A stretch of 63,893 nucleotides of DNA, counting the filler, from Octopus bimaculoides (Eukaryota): the NCBI RefSeq assembly GCF_001194135.2. It is 6 parts of 5 records of this genome, joined end to end, with 100 filler letters (N's around TTAATTAATTAA, not from the genome) between each part and the next. Parts side by side here need not be neighbours in the genome. Positions count along the whole stretch, not along the records: positions 36,399 to 58,142 come from NC_068983.1; positions 58,243 to 60,448 come from NW_026299135.1; positions 60,549 to 62,549 come from NC_068987.1; positions 62,650 to 63,893 come from NW_026354322.1; 2 more parts are not named here. One strand, 5' to 3'. Every line of letters begins with the position of its first letter. The stretch's first letter is position 1. The notes under the pieces are model-generated. The model worked only from the letters and a program-made list of their open reading frames with translations. It was not told where the DNA came from and made no database searches. A program made the translations under genes and the position numbers. Of the stretch, positions 50,250-63,015 are shown one piece after another.

Positions 50250-51720
50250 CTGAGGATACAATGTGAAAGCATTTGCATTTCGCAGTTTAAATGTGGGCAA
50301 ATCATAGAGCCAGATGAAGACAAAATTGAGACAACTGTGAAATAATCTATATCAAATCGATAAACGTCCAATTCGGTTCCCTTGGTGAGCTTTTTAATAA
50401 TCCTGAAAGCATTCATCTGAACCATTTTCACAAGACGTGATGAAATGTGAGTTGTGGTGGGAAGCAGAAACATCAACTATTACGCATACCTTAACACCAG
50501 ACACGAGAAAACCTATGCCTTCTTTTTCCCAAAGTACTACGAGCTACTGCAGCCGTTTGGGCATAATTTTACAGCACAGCTAACACCAGGTTTCCAACAA
50601 TTGCTTCACTCCAGCAAAAGACGAACACAGGCATGCTAAATCTTATCTTGGATCGCACACCTTCCCATTCAGTCCGTTATGATTCAGAGATTGTATTACA
50701 TAGCGAATATGCACCGGCGAGTGATCATTTTCAGTGCAAGAGAGAATAGCCACGCCACGAATTTCCGGTCATGTCTTAAGACTGGATAACTCAAAGACAT
50801 AGCTGGAAACATCATAACCTCTGACATACTCATTTTACTGCTCACAATTTCCGTTATTAACGCAATAACGCAAGAAAATGAAACAAACTACAAAAGCAGC
50901 AACAATAACCAAACTCAGAGCAATGCAGGAAGGAAGGCAAAACCAAGAAAATTTTCAAACACTAAACCACAGCTAAAATGCCGGAAAAAGAACTCTAAAT
51001 GCAACAATACAAACAGCTAGACACACAGTAACCTACACATAGTAACAATTTCATTGTTTTAAATAGAAGAAACAGTGAAATGGAGGAATATATTTTGCAT
51101 GGCATGCAGAAATACAAAGACAAAATATAGGGAGTGCCTATCACTGGAAGATACAACACTGAAGACGTCTTACAACGTCTGGTTTAAGGACGCAATCACT
51201 TTGAATGTATACAAAGGCCATAGAAACCCTTCCTTCTGATCGAGCTGGTTGACGAACAATAGTGTGAATGGAGTGAAAGCTTTTGAGGAGGCCAGGCTGA
51301 AACATGCAAGACTCAAGAGAGATATAAAGAAGAATTTTGCGATCAAGAAGGTAATCTCAGTGATTATTTGTGTGCCAAGTTTGTGATAGACCATGCCTTT
51401 CTTTCGCTGGGCTCATATCTCTTTTGCGGACCCATGAAAACCGAACCTCCACCAACTACTCTACCTATATATGTATGCAGACCTTTCAATGCTGTGTATG
51501 CCATAATCTTTGCAAATCTTACGAAGGCCTCAAAGAGCATTTTAAGATTCACAATGATCAGAACTTAACTGCGGCTCATAATGGTCCAGATCAGACATAC
51601 AATCTTTGTGGGCGTCTTTTCAGTATATCATCTGGTTTAAAAAACCACATCGGACGCGATGAAGGATCTCAGGTGTAAGTAGAAGCGGTGGTCAGACTCT
51701 GCATAAGGAGTAGACAACAA
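50250..51720 (+). mobile_element. Internally deleted RTE-clade LINE (endonuclease remnant plus C-terminus with C2H2 zinc fingers)
   Basis: EYAPASDH (APE SDH-like motif) near 50705-50730. IETLPSDRAG*RTIV/NGVKAFEEARLKHARLKR from 51220 (RTE C-terminal pattern). Then FQCCVCHNLCKSYEGLKEHFKIH and a degenerate second finger. The 5' part is less certain than the 3' part. Confidence 0.7.
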
Positions 51721-52458
51721 CCATATATAAATATAGAAATATATATTCGTGTTATATATGTCCTTAAATATCTATGTGTGTGTTTATTCAACATAAAATG
51801 AGGATGTATCTCCGAATTATTTGCGGGCAAAGAAGCATTTGTGCATGAGCAGAGAAGTATTTAAGTGTTTTTGTGTCACAAGAAAAGTATGGACATCAAA
51901 CACCAACACTTCCGAATAATCATGTTAAATATACTCTGCATTTTCATTTTACTTTCAGTTTGTAATGGCTGCTGCTTCCACAGACAATCCTGGTCGATGA
52001 GAGTGTAGTTGACTTTTGTAAGACACGACTTCCCACACTTAGTCTCACTGACAGAGCTACAGTTTCTAGAGTAGCATTTACCAATGTGTGGCGTCACCTG
52101 TAGAATGATATCAGTGGTTCACAGCCTTCTGCCAGTCATTCTAAGCAGTCGACGTTACAAACAGCGATGAAGAAATTTCAGGAAAAGTCTGACATCGAAG
52201 AGAATTATCAGGGTCATTTCACATATATTTCGGTTCTTGGACTACGGATATTATCCAGAAATACTAGGTTGGGCAAAATTAAGGAATGACGTTCACAAAT
52301 TGAGACTTTTGTCACGCGGACTTGTACGAAATTGCGCAGAACTACAAAAGATTTTTCATAAACTTTTTCACTAGCCCAGCAATGCATACATGTGGATATT
52401 TTTTCAAAGCACTCTCACTATAATTGTTATCGTCTTCTATTTCGTCATCAACATCATT

Positions 52459-52675
52459 AGGTGGCGAACTGTCAGAATTGTTAGTATGCCGGATAAACAT
52501 TTTTGACGGCATTTGGTCCATCTTTACGTTCTGAGTTCAAATTCCACCGATATCGACTTTGCGTTTAAGCCATTTAGATTCGATGAAATATAATACCAGT
52601 TGAGTACTGGGGTCAATGTAATCAACTAGCCAACTTTCCAAATTTTCAGGCCTTCTGTCTCTAGTAGGAAGTATT
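52459..52675 (+). mobile_element. SINE family A, diverged, followed by (ATT)n-like tract
   Basis: aggtggcgaactgtcagaattgttag..ttctgagttcaaattccaccga..taccagttgagtactggggtcaatgtaatc. Confidence 0.8.
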
Positions 52676-55600
52676 AATGTTATCATTATTGGTGTTGTTA
52701 TTCTTATAATCATCATCAACATAATTAATATCGTTGTTTTTGTTATTATTTTCATTATTATTGTAATTAATATTATCATTACCTCATTAAATGTAATTAT
52801 TCTGAAATTTGCATGACATCTATTTTAAATAGATATGCTTTGTTTGAATTTATTCGATAATATACATTAAATTTCTCACTCTTATTCACCAATATTTCAT
52901 TCCATTAACCTTCCATGTTTAATAAGAAGAATAGTAAAATCTGCCAGAAGACTTATATTGCTAATACCTTTATAAACGCTATCGTGAAAGAAGCTGCTTC
53001 TCACCCCTTTCTTTAGTTTGATTATATTTCTATTAATGCCAAGTCGCCAATAAAAGCTGAAATTTTCTATACTAGAATTCTTTTTTTGTAATATAACTAG
53101 TTCTAAATGAGATTCAGTTATATCACTAGTAACGTTAATTTCTATTGTAAACTTCATATTCCATAAATTACCATAAAATATCTTCAACAGTCATTGATAA
53201 GAAGCTCACATATAGCGTTTCTAGAAAACATTTAAGTCTAAATATTTCGATGTAACTTACTCTTAATATGTAGCATAGAAAGTAATCTTCCAACATTATA
53301 TAGATTGCATAACTGATTAATGTGTAAATAACATGCAAGGTTAACTCTCTTCGTAAACAGATCTACAATGGAAAGGCACCTCTAGCCGCAATTCTTCTCG
53401 GTTACTTTATATCGAGTAAACGGAAATATATTCTATCATAGTTTACTCGTATACGTAAATATTCTCGTATTGTTAACGTAAAGCAGAACCGAGTTCATGT
53501 GATTTTGTGACAAATGCAAATGTAACCTAATCTGTGTGGGCTATGAATCCCTCCGGCGCTCGCTGTGACCAAGAATTCGATTTACTAAGTCACCAATCTA
53601 GATCTGCCTTTCTAAATATAATATTTTTATAAACCAAGATATAAAACATACGATTTAATGGGGTGAGTAATCGCATGCACTGACATTGTGTACAAGTTTG
53701 ATTCCTTCAAGCCACGATGTACGTAAGAGGGGGAAAATGTATATGTTTGTTTTTTCAAGGCCACTAGTAAGAAATGTAAGCAACTCCCAAAAATACATGA
53801 AATGAAATCGTTGATTGAATAAAGAAACTTTATATTATCATACGCACTGACATGACACATAGGCAATCAAGTCGTGCAAACCTACATATAAGTTTGTTTC
53901 TGAACATTTTGGGAAAAGAAACACGATTGACACCATATTGGTAAGTATTATTTGCCGACAAAACAGTAAGTTATATGCTATTGGGCATATGGTGGTGTCT
54001 TCAGATTTTAATTACTAAAAATAACTTGTTTCTCTGTCCGATAACCGTAGCCAGCAAAACCTACTTTGCGTTGAACAATAACGTCAGACATTGCAGAGTA
54101 TGCAATGAATTGTTTTGTACTCATACCATGAAATGTTTTGAGTATTCGTGAGAAACTAGGCGTATGTATTTTCAAAGCTTACTTGAAGCTACTGTATACA
54201 TCAGGCTTCCGTTCAATAGAAAAGTTTGCTTGCTACACATGTCTTGTGATTTGGTTCTGAAATATATCATCATCACATGTTTTAGAGTTTGCAGTAGGTC
54301 TATGCGTGCAAGGAAATCTTTATCACTGTTGGGTATAGATGACTCGATGATCTTGCTAAGTTATGTGTCACCGTTGGAGCCATTAGGAAGGTAGTTTGCG
54401 TTTTATTCATGGTTATGTATCCAGTCTTATTTGCATTTCCATGCAAAACAACTTTACCTTGAACAGCCTCAAGTAGTATGAAGTTGTAAAGGCATGCTCA
54501 TTACTTGATCACTGTCTGCGAGATACAAGCTTTCCTATTCCTTAAACACTTTTGTTTGATGGTGAGGTCATTAAATAGGAGGTAGACCGTAACAATCTCA
54601 TGGAGGAAAGGGTGAATGGTCCTACCTTGCGTAATCATAATGTTACTGCAAAGTAGATTAACTGGAGATTCAGCACCTTGTAGGGGCTTTCGTACTGCAT
54701 GGTAGAGATGTTAGCTTATCTCCAATACTAAATTTCGATCAGTAAAATATGGCATTTCTGTTGACCCTTATACAGACACACACACACATACACACACACA
54801 TACATACATACATACATNNNNNNNNNNNNNNNNNNNNNNNNNNNNNNNNNNNNNNNNNNNNNNNNNNNNNNNNNNNNNNNNNNNNNNNNNNNNNNNNNNN
54901 NNNNNNNNNNNNNNNNNNNNNNNNNNNNNNNNNNNNNNNNNNNNNNNNNNNNNNNNNNNNNNNNNNNNNNNNNNNNNNNNNNNNNNNNNNNNNNNNNNNN
55001 NNNNNNNNNNNNNNNNNNNNNNNNNNNNNNNNNNNNNNNNNNNNNNNNNNNNNNNNNNNNNNNNNNNNNNNNNNNNNNNNNNNNNNNNNNNNNNNNNNNN
55101 NNNNNNNNNNNNNNNNNNNNNNNNNNNNNNNNNNNNNNNNNNNNNNNNNNNNNNNNNNNNNNNNNNNNNNNNNNNNNNNNNNNNNNNNNNNNNNNNNNNN
55201 NNNNNNNNNNNNNNNNNNNNNNNNNNNNNNNNNNNNNNNNNNNNNNNNNNNNNNNNNNNNNNNNNNNNNNNNNNNNNNNNNNNNNNNNNNNNNNNNNNNN
55301 NNNNNNNNNNNNNNNNNNNNNNNNNNNNNNNNNNNNNNNNNNNNNNNNNNNNNNNNNNNNNNNNNNNNNNNNNNNNNNNNNNNNNNNNNNNNNNNNNNNN
55401 NNNNNNNNNNNNNNNNNNNNNNNNNNNNNNNNNNNNNNNNNNNNNNNNNNNNNNNNNNNNNNNNNNNNNNNNNNNNNNNNNNNNNNNNNNNNNNNNNNNN
55501 NNNNNNNNNNNNNNNNNNNNNNNNNNNNNNNNNNNNNNNNNNNNNNNNNNNNNNNNNNNNNNNNNNNNNNNNNNNNNNNNNNNNNNNNNNNNNNNNNNNN

Positions 55601-55804
55601 NNNNNNNNNNNNNNNNNNNNNNNNNNNNNNNNNNNNNNNNNNNNNNNNNNNNNNNNNNNNNNNNNNNNNNNNNNNNNNNNNNNNNNNNNNNNNNNNNNNN
55701 NNNNNNNNNNNNNNNNNNNNNNNNNNNNNNNNNNNNNNNNNNNNNNNNNNNNNNNCCTTTTCAAATTAAATAATCAATCAATTCTAATAAACGAATTATA
55801 AAAT

Positions 55805-55945
55805 TAACAGAAAGCAAGGGAACGTGCACAAGGATTGTATTAGCCTGACGCTCGGTGGAAACAGAGAGAGAGTTTAACGTTTCGAGCATAACTCTTCGTC
55901 GAATTGGAGAAAGGGAAAAGTCCAAAAAAGAAAAAAAAATACAAT
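55805..55945 (-). mobile_element. PLE-type terminal fragment with a decayed hammerhead
   Basis: Minus strand 55871-55906 reads caat-TCGACGA-a-gagt-tat-gctc-GAAA-cg-TT-aaact. Same layout as 31760-31795; C3/U4 altered and stem I poor. Confidence 0.5.
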
Positions 55946-56149
55946 CGTCAACAGCACGTGTGTAGTTACATTGCAAAGTATTTCGTTAGAAAATCTCAAT
56001 AAGAAAATAGTAAACTATACTGAGAAGTAATGTTTATCTCCACAGCAATATGGCTTTTAATTGCAGGCAGAGTTATCGGGGCAATCTGCACCCGGTATAT
56101 ACTTCAAGCTGGTGATCGAACCCCTAGCATCTTTTAGCAGATGATGGGA

Positions 56150-56198
56150 TCACCAGTCGGAACGGTTTCGAGCTATTTGTGCCCATCTTCAGTGGTGA
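56150..56198 (-). ncRNA. Type I hammerhead-like motif
   Basis: tcacca-CTGAAGA-t-gggc-acaaata-gctc-GAAA-ccgttccgac-tggtga. Perfect 6-bp stem I, 4-bp stem II, intact core. The stem III/cleavage region is irregular. Confidence 0.6.
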
Positions 56199-56220
56199 AC
56201 ACCAGAACGTTAGAGATGTG

Positions 56221-56255
<35 letters not shown>

Positions 56256-56262
56256 GTATGTG

Positions 56263-56296
<34 letters not shown>

Positions 56297-56919
56297 AGGG
56301 CATGTGTATATGTATGTATATAAAGAGAGGGAAGGAGAGAGAGAGAAATGCTTTCTTTCTTGTTTGAAACAGGCAATCGAATGTATATGAAAATCTCATC
56401 TCAGGTACTTATTTACATATTTATAATGAAATGTTTTCATATCCATTGTTTGGCCGTGAATAAAGCGTAACAGAACAGATGGAGTAGAGGTGCTATATGG
56501 CGTCGACGCCCCACCGGGTAATCAGACACCTAATGCATTCAGTCAGTTGCAAATCTCTCCTCCTCTTCTCTGCAATAGGTAGACGGAAAAACTGACTGTA
56601 TATTGTAATTCCTATTTTGCGACTGGTAGTGGGTTTATACAGCAGATATAATAGCAGATTTTTTTCAATATATATAAAAATAATAACAGGGTTACATATA
56701 AATATCTGTTTGATAAATAAAACAATATCTCATTAGTTCAGAGAAATAGAAGCAAAAAAAAAAACTGTTTCTATGTATTTTCATCAATTTTTAAAATGTT
56801 TACAGTAAAAAAATGTAGGCTTCTAAAATGTATGTATGAGGCATAATCATAGATACAGGCATACTTATACATATGTATGCGCGTGTGTGTGTGTTTATGT
56901 ATGTGTGTGTTTGTGCATG

Positions 56920-56950
<31 letters not shown>

Positions 56951-58092
56951 NNNNNNNNNNNNNNNNNNNNNNNNNNNNNNNNNNNNNNNNNNNNNNNNNN
57001 NNNNNNNNNNNNNNNNNNNNNNNNNNNNNNNNNNNNNNNNNNNNNNNNNNNNNNNNNNNNNNNNNNNNNNNNNNNNNNNNNNNNNNNNNNNNNNNNNNNN
57101 NNNNNNNNNNNNNNNNNNNNNNNNNNNNNNNNNNNNNNNNNNNNNNNNNNNNNNNNNNNNNNNNNNNNNNNNNNNNNNNNNNNNNNNNNNNNNNNNNNNN
57201 NNNNNNNNNNNNNNNNNNNNNNNNNNNNNNNNNNNNNNNNNNNNNNNNNNNNNNNNNNNNNNNNNNNNNNNNNNNNNNNNNNNNNNNNNNNNNNNNNNNN
57301 NNNNNNNNNNNNNNNNNNNNNNNNNNNNNNNNNNNNNNNNNNNNNNNNNNNNNNNNNNNNNNNNNNNNNNNNNNNNNNNNNNNNNNNNNNNNNNNNNNNN
57401 NNNNNNNNNNNNNNNNNNNNNNNNNNNNNNNNNNNNNNNNNNNNNNNNNNNNNNNNNNNNNNNNNNNNNNNNNNNNNNNNNNNNNNNNNNNNNNNNNNNN
57501 NNNNNNNNNNNNNNNNNNNNNNNNNNNNNNNNNNNNNNNNNNNNNNNNNNNNNNNNNNNNNNNNNNNNNNNNNNNNNNNNNNNNNNNNNNNNNNNNNNNN
57601 NNNNNNNNNNNNNNNNNNNNNNNNNNNNNNNNNNNNNNNNNNNNNNNNNTATATATATATACAGATATGTGTATATATGTATGCCCATAAATATATATGT
57701 GTATTATGTATATATGTATATTGTTTTTCAGGAGGAAAACAAACATTTGAAAATTGAACGTATATAGTTCATTGAATAACATATGATTGTATTCAGTCGT
57801 TATACGTTACTTTTTTCATATATTTTATTTAAAAGATGAAAATAACAACAACAAAAAAATAGAGGAATAAAAGAATCGCTGAAGTTTCTTGAATCAATAA
57901 AATATGGCAATATTTGTGTTTTTGTTTTGCAGCCTGGCATAAATGGAATTAAATGAAACGTATTGTTGTAGCATGAATATAAAATTGCAAATATATACGA
58001 CTGTTTGAATTCTATGTGTTAGGTCTGTTGTGTGTTCTTCACATCTGAGACTCTGTTTTATATATTTGTTACATATTTACGAAGTGATAGTA

Positions 58093-58142
<50 letters not shown>

Positions 58143-59201
58143 NNNNNNNNNNNNNNNNNNNNNNNNNNNNNNNNNNNNNNNNNNNNTTAATTAATTAANN
58201 NNNNNNNNNNNNNNNNNNNNNNNNNNNNNNNNNNNNNNNNNNAGGCAGTCACACAGACAGACACACAAAAATACAGACAGACGGACAGACAGACAGACAG
58301 ACAAATAGATTGATAGAAAGAGAAAGAGAGACAGAAACAGTCTAACAAACAAATGCATACATACACACACATACATACATACACATACATACATATATAC
58401 ATACATACATACATACACATACACATACATACATACACATACATACAAACACATACAAACACATACATACATACATACATACATAGAGTCACACGTGACA
58501 CTCAGTCAAACGGACAGACAAAATAAAGAAATGCTAACCAATCTCTAGAAACCAACTTTTCGTTTGAACGCTTCTAATTGATTTGTTTTGTTTATATGAT
58601 TGATTTTATATTGATCACTAAATTAAACAAAAACCTATCGGACGAATCAATCAAAAGATATAGACATCAAAAGATACACATTCGTATCGATGAATGATGA
58701 ATTGATTAAAGAACTTTGACCCCTAAAATAAATTATAGATTGTTCTTAATAAGAGAAAGACGAAAACAGTTTAAGATTTTGGCGCAGGAACTCGAGTTTC
58801 GTACTCAAATAATCTGACAAAAGAATTTTAAAGATCTCTACGTAATCAAATTCCATTTATTTCCGAGACATTTTTATGTCTTGAAGAATTTCAAGAATTA
58901 CATTAAGTCATCGGTAGCTTTTCTTCTATATTCTTCGCTCCAAGTAATTGAGCTAAACTCTTCGTTTTCGAGAATTATCTGCAAAGGCACTCCACCCATA
59001 CAAACATACATACATACAAGCGTATATAATTATAAAATCAGGAGGTATGTCAGGTGATTACAGATTCGCTTATGTCTATGTGATATCCATATGACTACAG
59101 CTGTTTCGTAATCATGTAAGCGTAATATAAATCTCAACATTCCAAATTAATACATCTATTTTTCATCAATACACATGTCATTTATACGTATATCGATATA
59201 A

Positions 59202-59267
<66 letters not shown>

Positions 59268-59268
<1 letters not shown>

Positions 59269-59485
59269 TTTTTTTTTCAATCATTAGGCTGCGGCCGTGC
59301 TGGAGCATTGACTTGAAGAATTTCTAGTCGAATGTATCGACCCAGTACTAATAATTCTAAAGTCTGGTACTTATTCTGTCGGTCTATTTTGCCGAACCGC
59401 TTGAACCAAGGACGTAAACACACCAGTACCGGTTCTCAATCGGTGTGGCGGGACAAACACAGGCACAAAGACACACACACACACC
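59268..59485 (-). mobile_element. SINE family B, 3' part
   Basis: caatcattaggctgcggccgtgctggagca..gtacttattct..tttgccgaaccgct..ggacgtaaacacacc. Confidence 0.8.
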
Positions 59486-59527
59486 TTGAATAAAGGTTGT
59501 TTGAGGATGAGAACCACTGTCTGGCAC

Positions 59528-59564
<37 letters not shown>

Positions 59565-59566
<2 letters not shown>

Positions 59567-59779
59567 GGCCTAACAGAATCGTTAGCACGCCGGACAAAAT
59601 GCGCAGCGACATTTCTTCCGGTTTAACGTTCTGAGTTCAAACTTCACAGAGTTGACTTTGCTTCCCATCAATTCGGGGTCGATAGAATGAGTACCAGCTA
59701 AACTCGGGGGTGGGGGGCATGTAATCGACTTACCCCCTCCCTCAAAATTTCAGGCGTTGTGCCTATAGCAGAAAGGATT
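59565..59779 (+). mobile_element. SINE family A
   Basis: cagaatcgttagcacgccggacaaaatg..gttctgagttcaaa..ttcggggtcgatagaatgagtaccag. Confidence 0.8.
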
Positions 59780-60548
59780 GCTATTGTTATTGTTTTTTTT
59801 ATTATTTGTAGTCTTTGCGTAGTCGGTCGCAAGATTCCATAGATAAACAGTCACCTACTGAATTGATGGCAGCAAATTGACGAAATCTTTTGTGGAGGCG
59901 TCCGACAAAAGAGGATGTCCTCATGTATCTGTTCAAGTTCTTTGTATTCTGAAACGACAGGTAGACGTTGCAAAGTTGATTCCGTTTCGCCGATAAGACG
60001 GTGTCTATCAAACAACACTCAAAGGAAAACAACGAGAAAATATAGTCGAACGGCAGAGAATATCTTCTGTAAGATCACTACAGACGCTATGGTTTCTACC
60101 AATAGGGACGGGATAAAGAGACACTAGCTTGATTACCATGAATAAAAGTGAAAACAAAGTTCGCCAGAATTTGCAGAGAATGTCTCGGCTGTGTAATAGA
60201 AATAGACAGGACTGTGCAACTGTGACACCACGGTAGTTGTGTACAATTCTCAGCGGGTGGGCTATTTATTAACTAGACAATATATCGCTTACGGAAGTAA
60301 AACCATATATATTATTATTACGATAGGTGCCCTCAGGTAATGATACGCATGAATAAAAATAGTTGTGTGGCTGATATAAATGAATGTGTGTGTATATGAT
60401 ATGTATGTATTTATTTATATAGTTCTATCTGTAATGCATATATATATANNNNNNNNNNNNNNNNNNNNNNNNNNNNNNNNNNNNNNNNNNNNTTAATTAA
60501 TTAANNNNNNNNNNNNNNNNNNNNNNNNNNNNNNNNNNNNNNNNNNNN

Positions 60549-60583
<35 letters not shown>

Positions 60584-60879
60584 CAAGAATAAAATGAATT
60601 ACTATAGAGCATCACTACACGCGTTTCAATAGCGTGTTTATTCGAAATACGACTACAATTGCCTAACATAATAGGTGACATTATATAAATTCATATTGTT
60701 ACATTAACAGTCACTTCTTCGGGTGACATTCAGCCACATCTTTTCCAGTTATACCCTGCCAAATATTCTAGTAAAAGTATATTTTACACCCATGCTGAAG
60801 ACGTATCAGAGCTCATCAATTGTGTGATGTGCAAAACTTGTTAGCTGTTGCTGCCAAAGTCTGTCTCTCGATGCAAAGA

Positions 60880-61060
60880 AGACTGAGTGCATGACCATTG
60901 GGGAAGATGAAATCCACATGCTAATTTGTTCTAACAATGGCACACAACTCAAGGAGGACAGTGATTTCAAGTACTTAGGGTCCTATGTGGCTGATAGTAA
61001 GAAAGATTGCCTTACACACAAGAATCTAAACTTGAGTGTCTGTAACCGCTATTTTAGCAG
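60880..61060 (+). mobile_element. RTE-like LINE reverse transcriptase fragment
   Basis: IHMLICSNNGTQLKEDSDFKYLGSYVADSKKD..ACN-like (SVCN); FKYLGS is the conserved RT thumb motif of non-LTR elements. Confidence 0.8.
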
Positions 61061-61194
61061 TCAATCTATTTTGCCCGGGAAGGTTATCTTAGAAGAGTTG
61101 TACAATCTTTAGTGTGTACTAACTCTGCCGTCCCATTTCACTCATTTATATTACTTCAAAATCTAGGGTGATGGATAAACAATATTTATAGAGC

Positions 61195-61380
61195 GTCTGT
61201 ATTTAGTTACGTTCCGAGATCAAATTCCGCCAAGATCAGCTTTATTCATTCATTCAACCCTAATTATTTTATCGACTCTCAGATTGACAAAATAAAGTAC
61301 CCGTCGCGTACTGGAATAGATTTCATCCACTTTACCCATCACCCTAAAAAATCTATAGCAGTGTACCCAAGTTAAGAATT
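61195..61380 (+). mobile_element. SINE family A, old rearranged fragment
   Basis: acgttccgagatcaaattccgccaag..aaataaagtacc..tactgg. Confidence 0.5.
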
Positions 61381-61411
61381 ACATTACTTGTAATCAATAT
61401 ATCTAAAGACT

Positions 61412-61627
61412 CAAGCTGGCGAGCTCGCAGAATCGTTACCGCGCTGGACAAAATTGCTTAGCAGCATTTCGTCTGCCTTTATGTTCTGAGTTCAAATTCC
61501 GCCGAGGTCGACTTTGCCTTTCATCATTTTGAGGTCAATAAAATAAGTACCAGTTGAGTACTGGGGTCGATGTAATTGACTCATTTCCTCTTCCGATATT
61601 ACTTGCCTTGTGCCAAAATTTGAAACT
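61412..61627 (+). mobile_element. SINE family A with a perfect 16-bp TSD
   Basis: aatatatctaaagact at 61396-61411 and 61628-61643. Confidence 0.92.
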
Positions 61628-62500
61628 AATATATCTAAAGACTTTATGTCTTAACTCACTTTCACTCTCCCACATACACTCTTTGATTCTTATTTGTTAT
61701 CTTCCTCCAACACACACACGCGCGCGCAACAATAAGCATACGAGGATACAGACTGTATTGACTGATCAAATATACGAACAAACTGGGTCCACTTTCACTC
61801 GCTCAGTCACATACACCCATACTCTAACTCTCACTTGCTCTCACTCTCACTCTAACACATTATCATTCTCTCTGTCTTTCTCTCCCATACACACACACAC
61901 ACCCACAGCAATATACTAGCTATGAGAAAAACTGTTAGCAGAGCAAATAAAGAGGCTTGTAACAAGTAAGACATAACAAGTAGATGCTCTCTAGTATTGA
62001 CATGAATTGACGAAAGACAGGCTGTACTTATTGAAGATTTTATTCGTTTGTTACGTAGTTACACAACTGCGACGAGTTGGAAGAAAACTGAAGTTTGTAT
62101 ACGAGAGGACAGGGAGTCTGCATCGAAAATTGTTTTTTTGTCCACTCCTTGTAGTAGCATGCTACTGTGGAGAAGGAGAAGCGTGTGTGAGAGAGAGAGA
62201 GAGAGAGGGAGGAGAGAGAGAGGGAAAGAGAGACAGAGAGAGACAGGCAGATAGACAAGTGAGCCACAGCGAAATGACTTTGTAGCTGGCAGGAAATGAA
62301 ACTGAGGAGGCAGAAAGAAACTGTGAAGGAACTGGCTTCTTTTTTTCCTTTTTTTTTTACAGGTATCGCGAATATATACCTGTGTTAAAGTCAAACTAGG
62401 TCACGGAAATTCAAACTGAATGGGCTTATCTATATGCACCTTAGTGCAACCTTAAGATTATGTGGAATTTAAGAGCTGAAACAAATGGATTTTTAAGTGC

Positions 62501-62549
62501 ACGTGGTGAGCAGCTTGCTTACCAACCACATGGTTCCGGGTTCATTCCC
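62501..62549 (+). mobile_element. SINE family B head, cut by a gap
   Basis: gtggtgagcagcttgcttaccaaccacatggttccgggttca. Confidence 0.75.
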
Positions 62550-63015
62550 NNNNNNNNNNNNNNNNNNNNNNNNNNNNNNNNNNNNNNNNNNNNTTAATTA
62601 ATTAANNNNNNNNNNNNNNNNNNNNNNNNNNNNNNNNNNNNNNNNNNNNAATGACCGTCACTTCTGACCATTCCACCATTGATATCTACGGGAGTAAATA
62701 GTTCAAAATCATCATCGAGTCTGAATTAAAGATTTCTTCTAGAAAAGGTTCATAAAATGCAGAAATAATTCAGTTATACAGAAGTATACCTCGTAGCGAG
62801 TGAGTAATAATGAAAATGATGTCAGAAAATGGAAGTTTAGCTTCATTCTGAAACGAAAATAGTGTTTCCAGCCTAAGGTACTGGAAATAAACTTTGCAAA
62901 GTTTTTATTTGAAGCACCCTTCTCAAGGCAACCCAAGACACTTGTAGCTGTAAGGGATAAAGCCCCACGGGCAACAAAATGGAGAAAGTTAATTTATGTC
63001 TGTTGTTGGTATTAA

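Noticed and set aside
52263-52383. Possible small mariner-like MITE
   Set aside because: Putative TIRs too degenerate to support
58783-58820. Minus-strand GAAA-CTCGAG-TT palindrome with cag/ctg flanks
   Set aside because: 5' core unrecognisable (ttatttga); insufficient
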